A stretch of DNA of 32,000 bases, from contig NZ_QOCH01000013.1 of assembly GCF_003318275.1 (NCBI RefSeq), positions 463,152 to 495,151 on the forward strand, given 5' to 3'. The position numbers and the translations under genes were made by a program. This document shows, one piece after another, positions 1-10,765 of the stretch. The stretch's first letter is position 1; each line of letters opens with the position of its first letter. Below the pieces are notes generated by a model that ran no database searches, was not told where the DNA came from, and worked only from the letters and a program-made list of their open reading frames with translations. This DNA comes from Marinobacter sp. F3R11 (GTDB lineage: Bacteria; Pseudomonadota; Gammaproteobacteria; Pseudomonadales; Oleiphilaceae).

Positions 1-2381
1 ACATCGACCTGCTGATCCTGACCCGAAATGGCATTGAGCCGGGCTGGGAAGAGGATGTCGGCGCCTTCATTACCCTGCTATGGGATCTGAAGCTCGATAT
101 CGGCCACAGTGTACGCAGCATTGAGGAGAGCAAAGATGCTGCGCGGGATGATATAACCACCCTGACCAACCTTCTTGAAACCCGTACCATTGCCGGCCCG
201 GATGAACTTCGGGAAGAACTCAGCGAACAAGCCTACTCCGATAACATCATTACTGACCGCGACTATTTTATTGCCAAGCGCGAGGAACAGCTCCAGCGCC
301 ACAAGAAATACAGCGACACAGAGTACAATCTGGAGCCTAACGTAAAAAGCTCTCCCGGTGCTCTGAGGGATATACAAACCATTGGCTGGATTACCAAACG
401 ACACTTTGGCCTGCAAAGCATTGCGGATCTGACTCATTTCAGCATTCTCACTGACGAGGAGCATCAGGTACTGGTTAAGGGTGAAACCCTCCTGTGGCGT
501 TTGCGCTACGGCCTTCAGCTGATTGCAGACCGCAACGAAAACCGGCTGCTGTTCGATCATCAGCGCACCCTGGCGCAGATGCTGGGATACAAGGATGAAG
601 GCAAGCGACTGGATGTCGAACTCATGATGCAGGCCTATTACCGAACAGTGCTGGCACTTGCAGAGCTCACCGACGTGATTCTTCAGTTTTACGATGAAGC
701 AATACTCGGCACAGGCACCGAAGATAATATCCAGCCCATCAACAAACGCTTCCAGATCCGCAACAGCTACATAGAGGCAGTAAACAACCAGGTATTTGCC
801 TACTCCCCCTATGCGATCATGGAAATCTTTGTGCTGATGGCCCAGCATCCGGAAATCAAAGGCATCCGGGCCACAACCATCCGTTCCCTGAGGGCACACA
901 GACACCTGATTGACGATGCCTTCCGCTCGGACCTTGCAGTAACCTCCCTGTTCATGGAACTTCTGCGAACACCCCATGCGCTGGATGAAACACTCTCAGC
1001 CATGAAAAAGTACAACGTGCTGGGCCGCTACCTGCCGGAGTTCGGCCAGATTATCGGCCAGATGCAGCATGACCTTTTTCATATCTATACGGTTGATGCT
1101 CATACCATGCGGGTCGTGAGAAACATGGTACGGCTGAACCGCCCGGATGCGCGCGAGAACTACCCGTTAGCCGGGCGACTGATTCACGGGCTTCCGAAGC
1201 GGGAAATTCTCTATATTGCAGGCTTGTACCATGACGTAGCCAAGGGCCGGGGGGGAGATCACTCGGAGCTTGGAGCCGAGGATGCGGCATCTTTCTGCAA
1301 GCGCCATCACCTCAGTGAACGTGATACCCAACTTGCATCCTGGCTGGTGGAAAATCATCTGCTGATGTCCATGACAGCTCAACGCAAAGACATTTCCGAC
1401 CCGGACATTATTCAGTCATTTGCCCGGGCTCTGCCCAGCCAGGCGCACCTGGATTATCTGTACATCCTCACAGTCTGTGACATCAGCGCCACCAATCCCA
1501 AACTCTGGAATACATGGCGGGCATCTCTGTTGCGCCAACTGTACCTGGAAGCAAAACGCGCCCTGCGTCGTGGTGCCGAGATTCCTGTTGACCGGCAGGC
1601 ATGGGTTCAGGCAACAAAGTCCGAGGCCCGCGAAATCCTCCATGCCCAGAAAATTACAGACGAACAGATCGACGCTATCTGGGACACGGTTGATGAAGAC
1701 TATTTCCTGCAGGACTCCACGGTTGATATCGCCTGGCAAACTGCAGCAATCATTGATCATGGCAACACCCCCGGACCACTGGTTCTTATCCGTGACACCC
1801 ACGGGGGGCCGTCTGATGGCTTTTCACAAATCATCATTTACATGAATGACAGGGCAACCCTGTTTGCTGCAACAACGGCAGTTCTGGAGCAACTCAACCT
1901 GAACATTGTTGATGCCCGTATCAGCTCAAACGATGGCCCTTATACAATCAGTTCCTATGTGGTGCTGGACGAAAAAGGCCAGCCTCTGGGAGTAGATCCG
2001 GCCCGCAAAGAGCGAGTTCGCAAGCGCTTGATCGAAGAGCTCGATGACCCGGAAGACTACCCCGACATTATTCATCGCCGCACACCACGGCAGCTCAGGC
2101 ACTTCGCGTTCCCTACCGAAGTGGTATTTTCCAACGATACGATCAACGAGCGTACGGTAATTGAAGTGGTTACACCTGACCGCCCCGGCCTTCTGGCACG
2201 GGTCGGTCAGGTACTGCTGGATCATCGTATACGCCTGAGCAACGCCAAAATTGCGACATTGGGCGAACGGGTCGAAGACGTGTTCTTTGTTACCGACGAA
2301 CACGGCGGGCCTATCAGTGACCCTTCCGTGTGCAGCGCCCTGCAGCAGGACCTATGTAAAATGCTGGATGACATTCAATGA
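1..2381 (+). CDS. glnD: [Protein-PII] uridylyltransferase/uridylyl-removing enzyme GlnD, 5'-truncated by the window edge
   Basis: The frame starting at nt 3 is open from the window edge. The tracked ORF 501..2381 merely starts at an internal TTG. Translation reads IDLLILTRNG...LDIGHSVRSIEE (end of the nucleotidyltransferase domain). It has the HD motif 'GLYHDVAKGRGGDH' and two C-terminal ACT-like segments. The stop overlaps the dapC start (ATGA). Confidence 0.93.
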   Translation, partial: IDLLILTRNGIEPGWEEDVGAFITLLWDLKLDIGHSVRSIEESKDAARDDITTLTNLLETRTIAGPDELREELSEQAYSDNIITDRDYFIAKREEQLQRHKKYSDTEYNLEPNVKSSPGALRDIQTIGWITKRHFGLQSIADLTHFSILTDEEHQVLVKGETLLWRLRYGLQLIADRNENRLLFDHQRTLAQMLGYKDEGKRLDVELMMQAYYRTVLALAELTDVILQFYDEAILGTGTEDNIQPINKRFQIRNSYIEAVNNQVFAYSPYAIMEIFVLMAQHPEIKGIRATTIRSLRAHRHLIDDAFRSDLAVTSLFMELLRTPHALDETLSAMKKYNVLGRYLPEFGQIIGQMQHDLFHIYTVDAHTMRVVRNMVRLNRPDARENYPLAGRLIHGLPKREILYIAGLYHDVAKGRGGDHSELGAEDAASFCKRHHLSERDTQLASWLVENHLLMSMTAQRKDISDPDIIQSFARALPSQAHLDYLYILTVCDISATNPKLWNTWRASLLRQLYLEAKRALRRGAEIPVDRQAWVQATKSEAREILHAQKITDEQIDAIWDTVDEDYFLQDSTVDIAWQTAAIIDHGNTPGPLVLIRDTHGGPSDGFSQIIIYMNDRATLFAATTAVLEQLNLNIVDARISSNDGPYTISSYVVLDEKGQPLGVDPARKERVRKRLIEELDDPEDYPDIIHRRTPRQLRHFAFPTEVVFSNDTINERTVIEVVTPDRPGLLARVGQVLLDHRIRLSNAKIATLGERVEDVFFVTDEHGGPISDPSVCSALQQDLCKMLDDIQ

Positions 2382-3574
2382 ATCCAAATCTGGACAAGCT
2401 TCACCCCTACCCTTTCGAAAAACTGGCGAAACTCAAAGCAGGTGTATCCGCACCAGACAATCTGCGCCCGATCTCACTGGGGATTGGTGAACCCAAGCAT
2501 CCCTCTCCTGAGTTTGTGAAACAGGTGATTGCCGATAACCTCGACCGACTGGCTAACTATCCTACAACCAAAGGAATGGACGAACTCAGGGAGGCCATTG
2601 GAGAATGGGCTACCCGTCGATTCCAGCTGCAGCCTGGCTCCCTGAGCCCGGATCACAACATCGTTCCGGTGAACGGCACCCGGGAAGCGATATTTTCTCT
2701 GGTCCAGGCGGTAGTTGATTCAGGCAAGCAGGCAAAGGTTGTAAGCCCGAACCCCTTTTATCAGGTTTATGAAGGTGCTGCGCTTCTCGCAGGCGCCACA
2801 CCGGTCTACCTGCCATGCGACGCCTCAAATGGTTTTGTTCCGGATTTTGATGCAGTGCCAGAATCCGTATGGCGGGACTGCCAGGTACTCTTCCTGTGCT
2901 CGCCCGGCAACCCCAGTGGTGCCGTCATGCCCCGGAAGTCTCTGACAAAGGTCATTGAACTGGCAGACAGATACGACTTCATTGTGGCCTCGGACGAATG
3001 TTATTCCGAACTATATCCAGATGAAAACAACCCGCCCGAAGGGCTGCTGCAAACTTGTGCAGCCATAGGCCGGCACGACTTTGCACGCTGCGTAGTTTTT
3101 CACAGCCTCTCAAAACGCAGCAACCTGCCGGGACTGAGATCAGGTTTTGTTGCGGGTGATGCAAATATTCTGAAAGGTTACCTGAGCTACCGGACATATC
3201 ATGGTTGTGCAATGCCCGTTCACAACCAGCTGGCGAGCATCGCAGCCTGGCAGGACGAAACCCATGTCCGCGAAAACCGGGCGGCTTACCGCGCCAAGTT
3301 TGAAGCAGTGGTGCCCATTCTGCGGGAAGTCATGGATGTTGATTTCCCGGATGCCGGATTCTATCTCTGGCCGGTCACCCCCATGGATGACGAAACCTTT
3401 GCGCGGGAACTCTCGGCACAGCAAAACGTGCATGTACTGCCAGGCCGCTATTTATCCCGTACCGTCGATGGTCATAATCCGGGGGAAAACCGGGTACGCA
3501 TGGCATTGGTTGCTCCACTGGAAGAATGCGTTGAAGCGGCCAGACGTATTGTTGAATTTGTAAAGGTAAACTGA
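2378..3574 (+). CDS. dapC: Succinyldiaminopimelate transaminase (class I PLP aminotransferase)
   Basis: 398-aa ORF starting at an ATG. It carries the PLP-lysine motif 'SLSKRSNLPGLRSGF'. It is embedded in a glnD-dapC-yffB-dapD-dapE arrangement typical of pseudomonad-type genomes. Confidence 0.85.
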   Translation: MNPNLDKLHPYPFEKLAKLKAGVSAPDNLRPISLGIGEPKHPSPEFVKQVIADNLDRLANYPTTKGMDELREAIGEWATRRFQLQPGSLSPDHNIVPVNGTREAIFSLVQAVVDSGKQAKVVSPNPFYQVYEGAALLAGATPVYLPCDASNGFVPDFDAVPESVWRDCQVLFLCSPGNPSGAVMPRKSLTKVIELADRYDFIVASDECYSELYPDENNPPEGLLQTCAAIGRHDFARCVVFHSLSKRSNLPGLRSGFVAGDANILKGYLSYRTYHGCAMPVHNQLASIAAWQDETHVRENRAAYRAKFEAVVPILREVMDVDFPDAGFYLWPVTPMDDETFARELSAQQNVHVLPGRYLSRTVDGHNPGENRVRMALVAPLEECVEAARRIVEFVKVN

Positions 3575-3577
3575 TTT

Positions 3578-3919
3578 ATGAAGCTCTATGGCATCCGGAA
3601 TTGCGATACCGTCAAAAAGGCCCGCAAATGGCTTGATGAGCATAACATCGCCTATGAGTTCCACGATTTCAAAAAAGAAGGGCTCGACGAGGCCCGGCTG
3701 ACCCAATGGGAAGAAGCCGTGGGATGGGAAGTTTTGCTGAACCGCCGCGGCACCACATGGCGCAAACTCAGCGAAGAGGTTCGTGATACCATTAGCGCCC
3801 AATCGGCCCATGGCATCATGCTCGAGAACACATCTATCATCAAACGGCCTGTGGTCGAGCATGAAGGGTCTGTTTATGTCGGCTTCAATGCCAACGACTG
3901 GGCAACACTGATCAACTAA
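3578..3919 (+). CDS. yffB: ArsC/Spx-family thioredoxin-fold protein (YffB type)
   Basis: 113 aa with N-terminal 'MKLYGIRNCDTVKKARKWL' (single-Cys ArsC-family motif). Its position next to the dap genes matches yffB in other gammaproteobacteria. Confidence 0.85.
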   Translation: MKLYGIRNCDTVKKARKWLDEHNIAYEFHDFKKEGLDEARLTQWEEAVGWEVLLNRRGTTWRKLSEEVRDTISAQSAHGIMLENTSIIKRPVVEHEGSVYVGFNANDWATLIN

Positions 3920-3939
3920 TAAACAGGAGCAATCCGCAC

Positions 3940-6091
<2,152 letters not shown>

Positions 6092-6124
6092 CCTGCCGTT
6101 TCACAGGCAGACAGGTGCTCCCGG

Positions 6125-6157
6125 AATGCCGAAGCGATTGCTTCGGCATTTTCGTTC
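6125..6157 (+). terminator. Intrinsic terminator downstream of dapE
   Basis: Perfect 11-bp stem aatgccgaagc (6125-6135) / gcttcggcatt (6140-6150), a 4-nt loop gatt, then ttcgtt. It lies between the convergent dapE and slyX genes. Confidence 0.55.
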
Positions 6158-6163
6158 ACGGTA

Positions 6164-6382
6164 TCAATAGTGAGGAGGAGGCGCTTCCTCCTCTTCCCGC
6201 TTTATATTGGAAGATGACACATCCTTCAACTGGTTGTGCAATAACCGCTTTGCGTTCCAAAGCTCACGAATATCCATTTCCTGTTTCGCTAACTGTTCGC
6301 TCAGGGTGTTGATAATGTCGTCCTGAAAGGCAAGCCGGGTTTCAAGCTCATCCAGTCTGGCTTGCAGATCCTTGTCGCTCAT
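6164..6382 (-). CDS. slyX: SlyX family protein
   Basis: 72 aa coiled-coil protein, 'LQARLDELETRLAFQDDIINTLSEQLAKQ', matching the SlyX pattern. Starts at an ATG. Confidence 0.85.
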   Translation of the reverse strand: MSDKDLQARLDELETRLAFQDDIINTLSEQLAKQEMDIRELWNAKRLLHNQLKDVSSSNIKREEEEAPPPHY

Positions 6383-6469
6383 CGCGTACCGAAACTCCTT
6401 AGCATGAATGGTTCACGTGGATAGGGTGAGGAATGTGATCAAATGCACTCTCTTAAGATCCGGTTCGGC

Positions 6470-6498
6470 ATGACGACTTGGTCAGTAGTCGGGATAAT
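6470..6498 (+). promoter_or_regulatory. Candidate sigma70 promoter for the leader of the membrane-CSD gene
   Basis: -35 'atgacg' (6470-6475), 17-nt spacer, -10 'gataat' (6493-6498). This is a consensus-like match only. Confidence 0.3.
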
Positions 6499-6519
6499 CT
6501 GTTATCATGCCGCTTTTAC

Positions 6520-6600
6520 CCGCCAGAGCTTCCGTTTTCCCGGAAATCAGGCGGCATTCACCAGGCCGGATGAGCGATTTTACCCGATGTCCGGCTTTTT
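6520..6600 (+). promoter_or_regulatory. Structured 5' leader or possible small RNA: two hairpins, the second terminator-like
   Basis: Hairpin 1: ccgcc (6520-6524) pairs with ggcgg (6550-6554), and an inner ttccg (6530-6534) pairs with cggaa (6541-6545). Hairpin 2: gccgga (6565-6570) pairs with tccggc (6590-6595), followed by ttttt (6596-6600). It ends 38 nt before the ATG at 6639. Confidence 0.3.
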
Positions 6601-6638
6601 ATCGTCAAGCATTAGTAAAAATGGAGAATTCTTAGTCA

Positions 6639-7181
6639 ATGCGAAATCCAGCCAAAGCGATCCTTGTTGCTCTCCTGATCGCTATTCCAGCACCTTTGGT
6701 ACTTGCTCTGCTGCTCTCGTTTACCCCTGAACCTCTTCGCCTGATTGCCATTGGCGAGTTTGTAGAGGCACTGGGCAGCTCCCGTGGCATTGCTGCTTAT
6801 ATCATCACTTTTATTATTTTCGGTATTGCGGGTTTCCTGGCCGTAGCAGTTTCAGCCAAACAGCAGACTGCCCGCAGCACATCCCAGCGGGGCAGCTCAG
6901 CTTCAAGGAATCAGAGTTCCGAGCAGAACTATGTCGATGAAGATGAGGACTACGACGACAACAGCCCTGAAGGCGACGAAGAAGGCACTGTTAAGTGGTT
7001 TAACGTTAAGAAAGGTTTCGGGTTTATCGTTCGTGAAAGTGGGGACGAAGTCTTTGTTCACTTCCGCGCTATTCGCGGCAGTGGCCGCCGGGTACTGCGC
7101 CAGGGCCAACTGGTTCGTTTCAGCGTAGTTGATGCAGACAAAGGCCTGCAGGCAGATAACGTTTCCATTCTGAGCGAGTAA
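6639..7181 (+). CDS. Membrane-anchored cold-shock-domain (CSD) protein
   Basis: 180 aa. It has two N-terminal hydrophobic helices ([20 protein letters not shown]; [20 protein letters not shown]). These are followed by a Ser/Gln-rich then acidic linker ([17 protein letters not shown]) and a C-terminal CSD with RNP motifs 'KGFGFI' and 'VFVHF'. Confidence 0.85.
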   Translation: MRNPAKAILVALLIAIPAPLVLALLLSFTPEPLRLIAIGEFVEALGSSRGIAAYIITFIIFGIAGFLAVAVSAKQQTARSTSQRGSSASRNQSSEQNYVDEDEDYDDNSPEGDEEGTVKWFNVKKGFGFIVRESGDEVFVHFRAIRGSGRRVLRQGQLVRFSVVDADKGLQADNVSILSE

Positions 7182-7196
7182 AATATCCGTTGATGT

Positions 7197-7235
7197 AAAA
7201 AAGGCAGCCCTGTTTTCATGCGGGCTGCCTTTTTC
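7197..7235. terminator. Bidirectional intrinsic terminator
   Basis: A-tract, then a 9-bp stem aggcagccc (7202-7210) / gggctgcct (7222-7230), then a T-tract. It lies between the convergent CSD gene and the 129-aa ORF. Confidence 0.6.
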
Positions 7236-7247
7236 ATTTCTGCTAAT

Positions 7248-7637
7248 TCAGTTCCAGACAACCAGTTGCTCACCCCGGTTATCCAGACGCCACCACTTCT
7301 CATCCTCTGCCGGTTCACCCTCTTTCCATTCACCCGGGCTGCAACGGATTTCTGTATCCAATGCGCGCCATGCACTCCGCGCGCACTCCAGATCACTGTT
7401 CCAGGGTAGCCGTTCACCCTCAATAATCAGAGAGGTGTACCGCTTGCCAAAGGCTTGCGGATACAGCGTTATTTTCAATTGGTCTTCACCGAAACAGGCC
7501 GAGCCTTTGATGATGGACGATACATCGCTGTCATCCAGTATCAACTGCGAAATATGGTTTTCCAGCCAATGACTAACCTTTCCGGCTTCCAGGTCACGGA
7601 TGTAAATTTCCAGATCCTGCACTCGCAGATTCTCCAT
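7248..7637 (-). CDS. Hypothetical 129-aa protein (start chosen at MENLRV)
   Basis: The tracked ORF 7248..7823 runs deep into the upstream gene. The ATG at 7637 (alternative 7661) gives a 44-nt overlap with the upstream ATPase. I see no recognisable motif and no clear SD. A terminator follows its stop. Confidence 0.5.
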   Translation of the reverse strand: MENLRVQDLEIYIRDLEAGKVSHWLENHISQLILDDSDVSSIIKGSACFGEDQLKITLYPQAFGKRYTSLIIEGERLPWNSDLECARSAWRALDTEIRCSPGEWKEGEPAEDEKWWRLDNRGEQLVVWN

Positions 7638-9015
7638 GCTGATGGTCACAATGGAGCACATAGTGAACCGGCCCGGGCCGCGCTGCAACCCAGCGTTCCA
7701 GTTCCTGACGCAAGTCTTCCACCAAAAGCCTGCGCAACGCTCCTGCAGCCTTGCGCTCGTGCCATGCAACTTCCATAGCAGCGCGCAACAAACAGACTTC
7801 CTCAAGCGACTTTTCGATTTCATTCAGAGGTTCTTGCCGCGCGATAGCAACCAGGCTTTGGCGCCTGAGAGTATCTGCCTGCCCGGAGAGTGCCACAGAG
7901 CGGGCAGGGCCACGTCGGGCAAAAAGGTCAAGCCTTGCCGCTGCGCGCTCTACCCATTGCAGCATGCCGCCCGGCGTGGCAACGCAACGGCTCCGCCTTG
8001 AAGCTGCAAACTGAACAGCAGATTCCGGCAGCTGAATGTTCCAACGGCGCTCAATAGCCGCCTGATGAGCAACCAGAATTGCTTTACGTTGCGTAGTACT
8101 CGACGGGCACATATCGAACGCTTGCAGCCCCCGCCCAAGGCGCTGTTCCAGAATATTGCACGCATCTTCGCTACCTGACGAATCGGGCCCCAGAAGCATT
8201 ACAGGCCCCTCCCAGTGCAGAACCAACTCGGATACAAAGCCGGAAGGCTGGTCTATCAGCATCAGCAGATCAGCGGGGGTTACATTATCAAGAACGAGGG
8301 CCGGCCAGGGTTTTTCGGTAGACGCAGGAATCACAGCGAGATCACTAGCCATCAGTTCAACTTCGCGCCGCAGATCCATTTCGACATAGGGTTGCGCAAG
8401 TGACTCCAGCATTGAACTCAGCCATGAGGACTTTCCTACCCCGCGCTCTCCCCGAACCCAAACCAGAGCGCCAGGCATTGCGGCGAGAGTGACAGCAACG
8501 TCTTCGGCCAGCTCAACCCATTCAGGATCGGTAATTACAATCGGAGCAGCCTCATGCTCTTCAATACCGGACGGCTCCATCTTCTCAGTGGTGTATGCCG
8601 AACTGCCCGGGTCGGGCCAGTGTAAAACCAGCTCAAGAACTGCAACATAGGCTTTGCCCTGCAAACGCTCTGCGTGCCGTGCAAGCACCTCCAGAAGCTG
8701 AGGCCAGTCCAGCCACACTGGTGTACCAAAGGCTTCCCGCGCTGTGGCCAACCAATAAATTAATTGGGAGGAAAGCAGACCTTCACCACCTACCTCTGTC
8801 ACCATTGGCTGCTCACCCTGGATAGTTCGGATCAACTCATCCATATCCACACCGGAGCTTCGCAGAAAGTTACTTGCAGAGGGGCTGGAATCCAGCAGCG
8901 CAAGCAGGAAGTCTTCAACGGTGATCACGTTCCCGCCTCGGCGGTCAACATCATCACGGGCATTCAGCAATGCAGCCTGACATTGAGGGGTAAGGCATCC
9001 CTGCCAGTCGTCCAT
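7594..9015 (-). CDS. Truncated ClpB/ClpA/ClpV-like protein: Clp_N domain, a single degenerate AAA+ module and a partial coiled coil
   Basis: 473 aa. The N-terminus is Clp_N-repeat-like ('LTPQCQAALLNARDDVDRRGGNVITVEDFLLALLDS'). Walker A is 'GERGVGKSS'. The Walker B position reads 'ALVLDNV' (DN instead of DE). 'LQAFDMCPSSTTQRKAIL...AVQFAASRRSRCVATPGGMLQWVERAAARL' parallels ClpB 'RRFQ.V.V.EPS....IL...A...AA.LS.RYI..R.LPDKAIDL.DEAAA'. There is no second nucleotide-binding domain. SD 'agggag' precedes the ATG. Confidence 0.8.
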   Translation of the reverse strand: MDDWQGCLTPQCQAALLNARDDVDRRGGNVITVEDFLLALLDSSPSASNFLRSSGVDMDELIRTIQGEQPMVTEVGGEGLLSSQLIYWLATAREAFGTPVWLDWPQLLEVLARHAERLQGKAYVAVLELVLHWPDPGSSAYTTEKMEPSGIEEHEAAPIVITDPEWVELAEDVAVTLAAMPGALVWVRGERGVGKSSWLSSMLESLAQPYVEMDLRREVELMASDLAVIPASTEKPWPALVLDNVTPADLLMLIDQPSGFVSELVLHWEGPVMLLGPDSSGSEDACNILEQRLGRGLQAFDMCPSSTTQRKAILVAHQAAIERRWNIQLPESAVQFAASRRSRCVATPGGMLQWVERAAARLDLFARRGPARSVALSGQADTLRRQSLVAIARQEPLNEIEKSLEEVCLLRAAMEVAWHERKAAGALRRLLVEDLRQELERWVAARPGPVHYVLHCDHQHGESASAGSGNLHP

Positions 9016-9145
9016 AAAACGTCTCCCTGTTTTATCGCATCGTCCTGATACAGTAGAAGTTATACAAATGGTTTATGTTCTGAGGCCTTGGTGATACCAG
9101 GCCATTCTCATGGGCCTTCATTTCTCACGAATTAGCCGGCCCGGC

Positions 9146-9586
9146 TTACCAGATACCCGTATTCTCCATACTGACCCACGGTTCTTTGGGTGCCAGAGGT
9201 TCACCTTTTTGCAGCAACTCGATCGATATATCGTCGGGAGTCCGGATAAACGCCATGTGACCATCCCGGGGCGGACGGTTAATGGTTACACCATTTGCCT
9301 GCAGATTCTCACAAAGGGCATAGATATCATCCACTCTATAAGCCAGATGTCCAAAGTTACGACCGCCGGAGTACTCTTCCGGATCCCAGTTATAGGTCAG
9401 TTCCAGCATCGGGGCCCTGTCTTCACGAGCCCGGGATTCATCCCCGCTTGCCGCCAGAAACACAAGTGTAAAGCGGCCCTTCTCACTACTTTTTCGATCG
9501 ATTTCGATCATACCCAGAAGATCACAGAAAAAGTGCAGGGATTGCTCCAGATTGCTTACGCGGATCATCGTATGTAGGTATTGCAT
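9146..9586 (-). CDS. gloA: Lactoylglutathione lyase (glyoxalase I, VOC family)
   Basis: Start set at the internal ATG (MQYLHTMIRV...), which is preceded by 'aggaga'. 'LHTMIRV', 'LELTYNW', 'FGHLAY' and 'ISIELLQ' align with E. coli GloA from memory. Confidence 0.85.
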   Translation of the reverse strand: MQYLHTMIRVSNLEQSLHFFCDLLGMIEIDRKSSEKGRFTLVFLAASGDESRAREDRAPMLELTYNWDPEEYSGGRNFGHLAYRVDDIYALCENLQANGVTINRPPRDGHMAFIRTPDDISIELLQKGEPLAPKEPWVSMENTGIW

Positions 9587-9698
9587 ACTTTCTCCTGTTA
9601 CCTGCGATTGCGTCGTACCACGAATCATTGTGCTCCAGATAATGCCCCTTTGAACACTCCCGCCTTTATTACGTAGCAGTTTACGGTATTCTGGGCAA

Positions 9699-10616
9699 AT
9701 GACTGCAAACCTCTCCTCAAAGCTGATCAATTCGTACCGGACACCTGCGATACGCCACCTTGCATGGTTGTGTCAGGCGCCTCAGCTGATGCATTCGCCG
9801 ATCACATTTGAACCTGGGCAATACCTGCCCTCAAACTATCCCGACACTCTGAAAGCCTGGGACAAAAACACTGAAACTGCACCACCGCTGCTAATCGAAC
9901 CACCACAACGCAGGCTGGGTTTCTATTTTGAACGTCTGTATCAGGTTTTACTTGAAGACTTGCTTGGCTGGCCCGTTCTGCTAAAAAATCAGCAGATCCA
10001 GTCAAACGGTCGCACCATCGGCGAACTGGACTTCGTGGTGTTCAACAAGAACAATGATCGCATCGAACACCACGAGATCGCCATAAAGTTCTATCTTGGC
10101 GTTTCGGAGGAGCAAGGCAAAACACTCTGGTACGGCCCTAATGCCCATGACCGGCTGGACATGAAAACAACCAGTCTGCTGGAACAGCAAAGCCGCCGTA
10201 CACAACTCCCGGAAACCCTCGCATTACTCTCTGAATTTGATATCACCGGCCCGCTGACACCGCGGGTTTTCATGCCGGGATATCTTTTCTATCCTGATGA
10301 TCAGCAGGTTGAAACCCCGGACTATGTTCCAGAAAACCACCTGCGCGGCCGCTGGATGTACGCCCACGACGCAAGAAAACTGAACACATCACACTGGGTT
10401 GTACTCAACAAACCGCACTGGATTGGCAACTGGTGTCAGAGCAGCCTGCCGGATAAACAACATGCTCTGGAAGCACTGGAGCGTGTGGAGAATAAATCGG
10501 TCCCGCAACTGTTCGCAATCATGCATGAAGATCGTCAAACGGGGGATTGGTTCGAGACAGACCGCCTGTTTGTTGTACCTGAAGCCTGGCCCGGAACCTC
10601 ACGACCGCGATCCTGA
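9699..10616 (+). CDS. DUF1853 family protein (PD-(D/E)XK-like)
   Basis: 305 aa. 'GELDFVVF...HHEIAIKFY' fits the D...ExK nuclease-like core that I associate with DUF1853. Family assignment is from memory. Confidence 0.7.
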   Translation: MTANLSSKLINSYRTPAIRHLAWLCQAPQLMHSPITFEPGQYLPSNYPDTLKAWDKNTETAPPLLIEPPQRRLGFYFERLYQVLLEDLLGWPVLLKNQQIQSNGRTIGELDFVVFNKNNDRIEHHEIAIKFYLGVSEEQGKTLWYGPNAHDRLDMKTTSLLEQQSRRTQLPETLALLSEFDITGPLTPRVFMPGYLFYPDDQQVETPDYVPENHLRGRWMYAHDARKLNTSHWVVLNKPHWIGNWCQSSLPDKQHALEALERVENKSVPQLFAIMHEDRQTGDWFETDRLFVVPEAWPGTSRPRS

Positions 10617-10765
10617 GCTCCGGTGATAAAACCTCATCCCCATACTCCCGCAATAAAGGTTGTTATCATCTTGCAGATTCGATAGTTTTCACTGCGGTGG
10701 CAAATCAGCGCAACAAAAGAACGAGCCAGTGAGTACACCCAAACAATGGACAAAGGATAGATCTC

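Noticed and set aside
78-977. 299-aa minus-strand ORF
   Set aside because: It lies entirely antisense to the clearly recognisable glnD frame. The translation is low-complexity and Cys/Gly/Val-rich, typical of a shadow ORF.
7248-7823. Full 191-aa version of the small ORF downstream of the Clp-like gene
   Set aside because: The first ~60 codons would overlap the Clp-like gene by about 230 nt, and they translate to an implausible Cys/Trp/Arg-rich peptide. I trimmed the start to the ATG at 7637.
9146-9730. 194-aa extended form of the glyoxalase ORF
   Set aside because: The GloA homology starts at 'MQYLHTM', and that ATG (9586) has an 'aggaga' SD. The extension would also overlap the divergent DUF1853 gene start.
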